From Candidatus Omnitrophota bacterium (GTDB lineage: Bacteria > Omnitrophota > Gorgyraeia > Zapsychrales > JBAZNR01), in contig JBAZNR010000003.1 in the NCBI GenBank assembly GCA_041649175.1, positions 79,449 to 143,448 of the forward strand: 64,000 nucleotides of DNA, written 5' to 3'. The notes below the pieces were generated by a model, which saw nothing but the letters and a program-made list of their open reading frames with translations, searched no databases and had not been told where the DNA came from. Shown piece by piece: positions 58,865 through 64,000 of this stretch (position 1 is the stretch's first letter; every line of letters begins with the position of its first letter). Position numbers and translations under genes: made by a program.

Positions 58865-59833
58865 ATGAATTGTAAAAATCATCCCGCAGAAAAAGCGAAT
58901 TACACCTGCGAAAGCTGTAAGGCCAATTTTTGCACGCCTTGCATCACCGCGCGTCAGATCACGCCCGGATTTACGGCGTATATTTGTAAAGAATGCGGAG
59001 GAAAATGCAATCCCTTTGGCGACGAAAAGGCAAAACCACCCGTTAAGCCGCGCAAGGTCATCTTTCTGGAAGAAACAAAGATCGACGAGAAAAGCGTGAA
59101 GAAAGAAAAAGCTCAAGCGCCGGCCGCGCAAATCCCAAAGAAAGCTGGCCAGCCGAATTTTTGGAAGAGCTTGCCGGGAACGCTTATCTTTCCTTTAAGA
59201 GGGAAAGGGGTTTTCGTTGTTCTTATTTTGAGCGCTATCGTATTTGCCTCGGAATATTTTGCCGAAATCGTTCATACAAATCCGTTTTTACAAATTCTAT
59301 GGGTTATATTTTTTACTTATTCTTTTGTCTATGGCCTTAAAGTTTTGGATGACGCCATTAAAGGAGAGCCGCGTTTAAGCGCCTGGATCGATCTAAAGTT
59401 TTGGTTGAATATTATTTGGCCGATGGTGTATGTGATTCTTGCTTCGCTCTTGTGCTTTTTACCGGCCGCTGCGTATTTTCTACTAAAACAAAAATTTGAC
59501 GTGATCTTCTTTCCACTTTTGGGAGGCGGCGTATTCTTTCTGCCTATGTTTTTTGTGCGAGTGATGGCCTTTAAGAAACCGGCGACGATAAATCCCATAA
59601 AAACAGTGACATCGATCGCGCGAACATTTTTTGCTTACTTGATCTTATGCGTATTGATCTTTGGGTTGACATTCGGCTGGTTTTACTTGACGATGGATTT
59701 TTCTTTGGATTATCTTACCGGCTATGAACAAATTGTTTCCGTGCTGAGCAGCTTTGTTTTTGTTTATTTTCTTTTGATCGTGGCACGGCTATTAGGGATT
59801 TTTGGGCGGTTTTATCAACAGAAGATCGGTTAA
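58865..59833 (+). CDS. membrane protein with N-terminal B-box-like zinc finger, hypothetical
   Basis: CKNHPAEKANYTCESCKANFCTPC...CKEC Cys cluster, then 5-6 TM segments. Confidence 0.4.
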   Translation: MNCKNHPAEKANYTCESCKANFCTPCITARQITPGFTAYICKECGGKCNPFGDEKAKPPVKPRKVIFLEETKIDEKSVKKEKAQAPAAQIPKKAGQPNFWKSLPGTLIFPLRGKGVFVVLILSAIVFASEYFAEIVHTNPFLQILWVIFFTYSFVYGLKVLDDAIKGEPRLSAWIDLKFWLNIIWPMVYVILASLLCFLPAAAYFLLKQKFDVIFFPLLGGGVFFLPMFFVRVMAFKKPATINPIKTVTSIARTFFAYLILCVLIFGLTFGWFYLTMDFSLDYLTGYEQIVSVLSSFVFVYFLLIVARLLGIFGRFYQQKIG

Positions 59834-59851
59834 AAAGGAAATTTATCCAAG

Positions 59852-60181
59852 ATGAAAAAATGCCCGTTTTGCGCGGAAGAAATTCAGGACGAAGCGACCA
59901 AATGTCGTTTTTGCGGGGAATTCTTAACGCAAGAAGCGAAAGAGCAAAAGCTCAAATGGTATTACCGCACGCCTTTTTTGATCTTTGGGTTTTTCATTGC
60001 CGGGCCGCTCATTTTGCCGGTTGTCTGGACCAATCCCAAATTCAGCCGGACGACGAAAATTGTCATTACGGTGCTTGCGTTGGGCGTTACGGGGCTGTTG
60101 ATCCAGTTGTCCGCGGTAACCATTGACGCGATGCTAAAACATATTCAGGATCTCGATAGCACCTTTAAGGGAATTTTGTAA
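59852..60181 (+). CDS. zinc-ribbon membrane protein, hypothetical
   Basis: CPFC-x11-CRFC zinc ribbon, then two TM helices. 109 aa. Confidence 0.4.
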   Translation: MKKCPFCAEEIQDEATKCRFCGEFLTQEAKEQKLKWYYRTPFLIFGFFIAGPLILPVVWTNPKFSRTTKIVITVLALGVTGLLIQLSAVTIDAMLKHIQDLDSTFKGIL

Positions 60182-60328
60182 TTCTTGCAAAAAAGGCAAA
60201 GCAAAATCCTTGCTTTTTAAAAAACTTTCAGATAGAATAAGCCCCAATTGATTTGCCGTGTATGAAAATGGCTAATGGCAGTATCACGACGTGAAGGATA
60301 TTTCTTGAAACCGAACTCAATAGTAGAT

Positions 60329-61633
60329 ATGGAAAAGATTGTCGCTCTTTGTAAACGACGGGGATTCATTTTTCAGTCTTCAGAGATTTACGGAGGGTTG
60401 TCTAGCGTTTGGGATTACGGCCCTTTTGGCGCGGAGCTTAAGCGTAACGTTAAAAATGCCTGGTGGAAGACGGTTATTCACGAACGCGATGATGTGGTCG
60501 GGCTTGACACCGGAATCTTAATGCATCCTTCGACCTGGAAAGCCTCAGGGCATATTGATACCTTCAATGACCTGGTTGTTGATTGTAAGAAATGTAAAAA
60601 AAGATTTCGCCCGGATCATTTAAAGGGTAAATGCCCCTCTTGCGGCGGAACAGATTTTACCGAGCCTCGCGCGTTTAATCTGATGCTCAAAACTTATTTA
60701 GGTCCCATCGAAAATGAAGAAGGGCTAACCTATCTTCGACCCGAAACAGCCCAAGGTATTTTTGTTAACTTTCTGAATATTTTAGATACGACCCATCGCA
60801 AATTACCTTTTGGCGTGGCGCAGACCGGAAAATCATTCCGCAATGAAATTACTCCCGGAAATTTCACATTCCGCACGCGTGAATTCGAACAAATGGAAAT
60901 TGAATATTTCACTCATCCTAAAGACGCTGAAGATTGTCATAAAAAATGGATCGAAGAACGTTTTAATTGGTATTTGAAATTAGGGCTTAAGAAAGATAAA
61001 CTGCGTTTACGCGCGCACGACAAAGATGAATTGGCGCATTATTCAACCGCTTGCACCGATATTGAATATGAATTTCCTTTTGGATGGTCTGAATTGGAAG
61101 GCATTGCCAATCGCACCGATTTTGATCTGAAGCAACATTCGCAGGTTTCCGGAAGAGATCTGCGTTTTCAAGACAACATCACTAATGAGAAATTCTTTCC
61201 CTTTGTGATCGAGCCTTCCGGCGGGGTAGACCGGGCGACATTGGCATTTTTAGTTGATGCGTATCATGAAGAGCAAATTCAAGGCGCCAATAAAGAAGAA
61301 AACACGCGCGTTGTTTTAAGGCTCAGTAAAGAATTAGCGCCGGTTAAAATTGCGGTTTTACCGCTTCTTAAGAAAAATGCCGATATTGTTACCTTGGCTA
61401 AAAAGATCAAGCAAGATTTGCAAAAAGATTTTGTGACAGTGTATGATGACAGCGCGGCCATAGGAAAGCTTTACCGCCGTCAAGACGAAGTAGGCACTTT
61501 TTATTGTATTACGGTTGATGTCCAATCTTTAGAAGACAAGCAGGTCACCGTTCGCGATAGAGATACAATGAAGCAAGAAAGAATTTCCGTAGATCGTCTA
61601 CGAGAATATTTAGCAAAACAGTTTCTCACTTAA
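60329..61633 (+). CDS. glyQS: glycyl-tRNA synthetase (alpha2 dimeric type)
   Basis: MEKIVALCKRRGFIFQSSEIYGGLSSVWDYGPFG..., FRNEITP, RTREFEQMEIEYF, C-terminal anticodon-binding domain. The track ORF starts at an upstream in-frame Met (60275). Confidence 0.9.
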   Translation: MEKIVALCKRRGFIFQSSEIYGGLSSVWDYGPFGAELKRNVKNAWWKTVIHERDDVVGLDTGILMHPSTWKASGHIDTFNDLVVDCKKCKKRFRPDHLKGKCPSCGGTDFTEPRAFNLMLKTYLGPIENEEGLTYLRPETAQGIFVNFLNILDTTHRKLPFGVAQTGKSFRNEITPGNFTFRTREFEQMEIEYFTHPKDAEDCHKKWIEERFNWYLKLGLKKDKLRLRAHDKDELAHYSTACTDIEYEFPFGWSELEGIANRTDFDLKQHSQVSGRDLRFQDNITNEKFFPFVIEPSGGVDRATLAFLVDAYHEEQIQGANKEENTRVVLRLSKELAPVKIAVLPLLKKNADIVTLAKKIKQDLQKDFVTVYDDSAAIGKLYRRQDEVGTFYCITVDVQSLEDKQVTVRDRDTMKQERISVDRLREYLAKQFLT

Positions 61634-61663
61634 TAATCAGTAGAAAGGATGGTTTTGAAAGCA

Positions 61664-64000
61664 ATGGCTAAGAAATACGTGTATTTTTTTGGCGGCGGAA
61701 AAGCCGAGGGCAAAGCGGATATGAAGAATTTATTAGGCGGTAAAGGCGCTAACCTGGCTGAAATGGCAGGGCATAAAGATCTTAAATTACCCGTTCCGCC
61801 GGGATTTACGCTTTCTACGGATGTCTGTACTCATTATTACGCGAATAAAAGGAAATACCCTACCACGCTTAACGCGGAAGTTTTAGCAGCCTTGAAACGC
61901 GTCGAGCAGGTTTTAAAGAAGAAATTCGGCGATGTCAATGATCCGCTGTTAGTTTCTGTTCGTTCTGGTGCTCGCAAATCCATGCCGGGTATGATGGAAA
62001 CCGTTTTAAACGTAGGTCTAACCGAAAAAACCATTGTCGGTTTAGTGAAGAAGACGAAAAACGAACGTTTCGTTTATGATGCCTATCGACGCTTAATTAC
62101 CATGTATTCCGACGTTGTTATGGAAAAAGCCGCCGGTATCGAGCCTGCCGAAGGCAAAGGTGTGCGTCAGCAATTAGAGCATATTTTAGAAGCAACAAAA
62201 AAACAACGCGGCGCTAAGACGGATTCTGATCTGACCGCTGATGATTTGAAGAAATTATGCGTTCAGTACAAAGCGAAGATCAAGGAAGTTTTAAAGAAAG
62301 AATTCCCCGAAGACCCCTTTGAACAACTCTGGGGCGGTATCGGCGCCGTATTCGCGTCATGGAACGGCAAGCGCGCTATTTCATATCGGCGTATTGAAGG
62401 CATCCCGGATGAATGGGGAACGGCCGTCAATGTTCAGGCGATGGTGTTCGGTAATATGGGCGATAGTTCATCGACCGGAGTTGCTTTTACCCGTAATCCC
62501 GGAAATGGCGATAATCATTTCTACGGAGAATATTTGGTCAATGCCCAAGGCGAAGACGTTGTGGCAGGTATTCGTACACCCGCGCCTATTAACGGATATT
62601 CCAAAAGCGATCACAATAAAAATCTCAAAACTTTGGAAGAAACAAAACCCAAGGCCTATAAACAATTGGATGATATCCGCAAACGGCTAGAAAAGCATTA
62701 TCACGATATGCAGGATATTGAGTTCACCATCGAAAATGATGAACTTTTCATGTTGCAATGCCGTTCCGGAAAACGTAACGGCCCGGCGGCCGTTAAGATG
62801 GCCATCGACATGGTGAAAGAAAAATTGATCACCAAAGAAGAAGCCGTTATGCGCGTGACTCCGTCGCAGTTAGACGAATTGCTTCATCCTATCATTGATC
62901 CGAATATTGAAAAAACAGCCAAGGCTTTAGCTAAAGGCCTTCCGGCCGGCCCGGGCGCTGCGGCAGGGCACATTGTGTTTACCGCCAATGACGCGGTCAA
63001 TTGGGTGAAAAACGGAAAGAAAGTTATTTTAGTGCGTGCTGAAACAAATCCGGAAGACGTTGAAGGTATGCGCGCGGCCGAAGCTATTCTGACCGCCCGC
63101 GGCGGCATGACCTCTCACGCGGCTTTGGTTGCCCGCGGTTGGGGAAAATGCTGTATCGTCGGATGCTCTGATCTTGACATCGATGCTCACACGAAGACAA
63201 TGAAAATCGGCAATGAAGTTCTTAACGAAGGCGATGTCATTACGCTTAACGGAACAAAAGGCCGTTTCTATAAAGGCCAGCTTCCTATGATCAATGCGGC
63301 GGAAGACAATAAGGAATTCAACGATTTTCTTAAGATCTGCGATACGGTGCGCACATTAAAAATTCGCACCAATGCCGATACCCCGGAAGATGCGGCTAAG
63401 GCGCGCGCGTTTGGCGCAGAAGGCATTGGACTTTTCCGTACCGAACATATGTTTTACGGCAAAGGTTCCGAAGAGGCTCTTTTTAAACTTCGCAAGATGA
63501 TCGTTTCTAAAAGCCTTGATGAACGTCGTCGGGCTCTGGATGAATTATTTCCGCATGTGAAAAAGGATATTAAGGGAACCTTGGCAGCTATGGACGGATT
63601 TCCGGTCACCATTCGTTTATTGGATCCGCCATTGCATGAATTCGTTCCGCATAATCCTGACCAACTGCAGGGTTTGGCCACCAGCTTGAATATTTCTTTA
63701 GATGAGCTGGCAAAACGCGCTAATGCCTTGCATGAAACAAATCCCATGATGGGCCATCGCGGTGTCCGTTTAGGCATTACTTATCCGGAAGTTACCGAAA
63801 TGCAAGTTCGCGCGATTTTAGAGGCGGCGGCAGAATTGATCAAGGAAGGTAAAAATATCATTCCGGAGATCATGATTCCCGTCACTTGTGATGTCAGCGA
63901 AGTGAAGCATCAACAAGAAATCGTGAAAACTGTTTACAAAGAAACATTGGCGAAATATAACATTAAGAAGATCTCCTATATGTTCGGAACGATGATCGAA
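61664..64000 (+). CDS. ppdK: pyruvate, phosphate dikinase (3' end beyond the window)
   Basis: MAKKYVYFFGGGKAEG...LLGGKGANLAEM, central phospho-His domain GGMTSHAALVARGWGKCCIVGC, C-terminal PEP-utilising TIM barrel. The frame runs open to base 64000. Confidence 0.9.
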   Translation, partial: MAKKYVYFFGGGKAEGKADMKNLLGGKGANLAEMAGHKDLKLPVPPGFTLSTDVCTHYYANKRKYPTTLNAEVLAALKRVEQVLKKKFGDVNDPLLVSVRSGARKSMPGMMETVLNVGLTEKTIVGLVKKTKNERFVYDAYRRLITMYSDVVMEKAAGIEPAEGKGVRQQLEHILEATKKQRGAKTDSDLTADDLKKLCVQYKAKIKEVLKKEFPEDPFEQLWGGIGAVFASWNGKRAISYRRIEGIPDEWGTAVNVQAMVFGNMGDSSSTGVAFTRNPGNGDNHFYGEYLVNAQGEDVVAGIRTPAPINGYSKSDHNKNLKTLEETKPKAYKQLDDIRKRLEKHYHDMQDIEFTIENDELFMLQCRSGKRNGPAAVKMAIDMVKEKLITKEEAVMRVTPSQLDELLHPIIDPNIEKTAKALAKGLPAGPGAAAGHIVFTANDAVNWVKNGKKVILVRAETNPEDVEGMRAAEAILTARGGMTSHAALVARGWGKCCIVGCSDLDIDAHTKTMKIGNEVLNEGDVITLNGTKGRFYKGQLPMINAAEDNKEFNDFLKICDTVRTLKIRTNADTPEDAAKARAFGAEGIGLFRTEHMFYGKGSEEALFKLRKMIVSKSLDERRRALDELFPHVKKDIKGTLAAMDGFPVTIRLLDPPLHEFVPHNPDQLQGLATSLNISLDELAKRANALHETNPMMGHRGVRLGITYPEVTEMQVRAILEAAAELIKEGKNIIPEIMIPVTCDVSEVKHQQEIVKTVYKETLAKYNIKKISYMFGTMIE

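Overview
This 64 kb window looks like a chromosomal segment from a compact, probably uncultivated bacterium. Evidence for that: about 43-47% GC by eye, nearly every gene on the + strand, and many ATGA/TAATG start-stop overlaps. The small basic protein and the gene content loosely fit a PVC/Omnitrophota-like lineage, but that is low confidence. Most of the window is housekeeping. It includes aroQ/aroB, efp, accBC, pfk, gmhA/rfaE, thiE, groES-groEL behind two CIRCE operators, guaB-like/guaA, dnaE, hup, hisS, aspS, phoH-pgpH-ybeY-recO, uvrB, coaX, dtd, tatD, purU, nfnAB-like, panB, glyQS and ppdK. There is one tRNA-Gly(CCC). I see no rRNA, CRISPR array, transposase or integrase. The standout region is a low-GC island (about 25-35% GC) wedged between dtd and tatD. 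It carries (i) a structured non-coding region whose ends form a 14-17 bp inverted-repeat stem (a1/a2-like) immediately upstream of (ii) a reverse transcriptase with the retron-type VTG motif fused to a C-terminal TIR domain. Next comes (iii) a diverged 36-codon duplicate of the tatD 5' end, then (iv) an orphan 2-TM protein. I read this as a retron-type RT-TIR anti-phage module, plus a possible second cargo gene, integrated at a tatD-associated hotspot. Other things worth a look are a lone minus-strand Hel308/Ski2-like helicase, a 220-bp convergent intergenic region packed with nested perfect palindromes, and a tightly coupled AAA-ATPase/phosphoesterase/HIT/dGTPase-like operon. I also flag an AspRS lacking the GAD insertion, a thiE that appears split or frameshifted from an N-terminal domain, and a cluster of c-di-GMP genes (2 PilZ, 2 HD-GYP, ExeAB-like). 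All calls rest on reading the sequence and the ORF translations by eye. No database searches were run.
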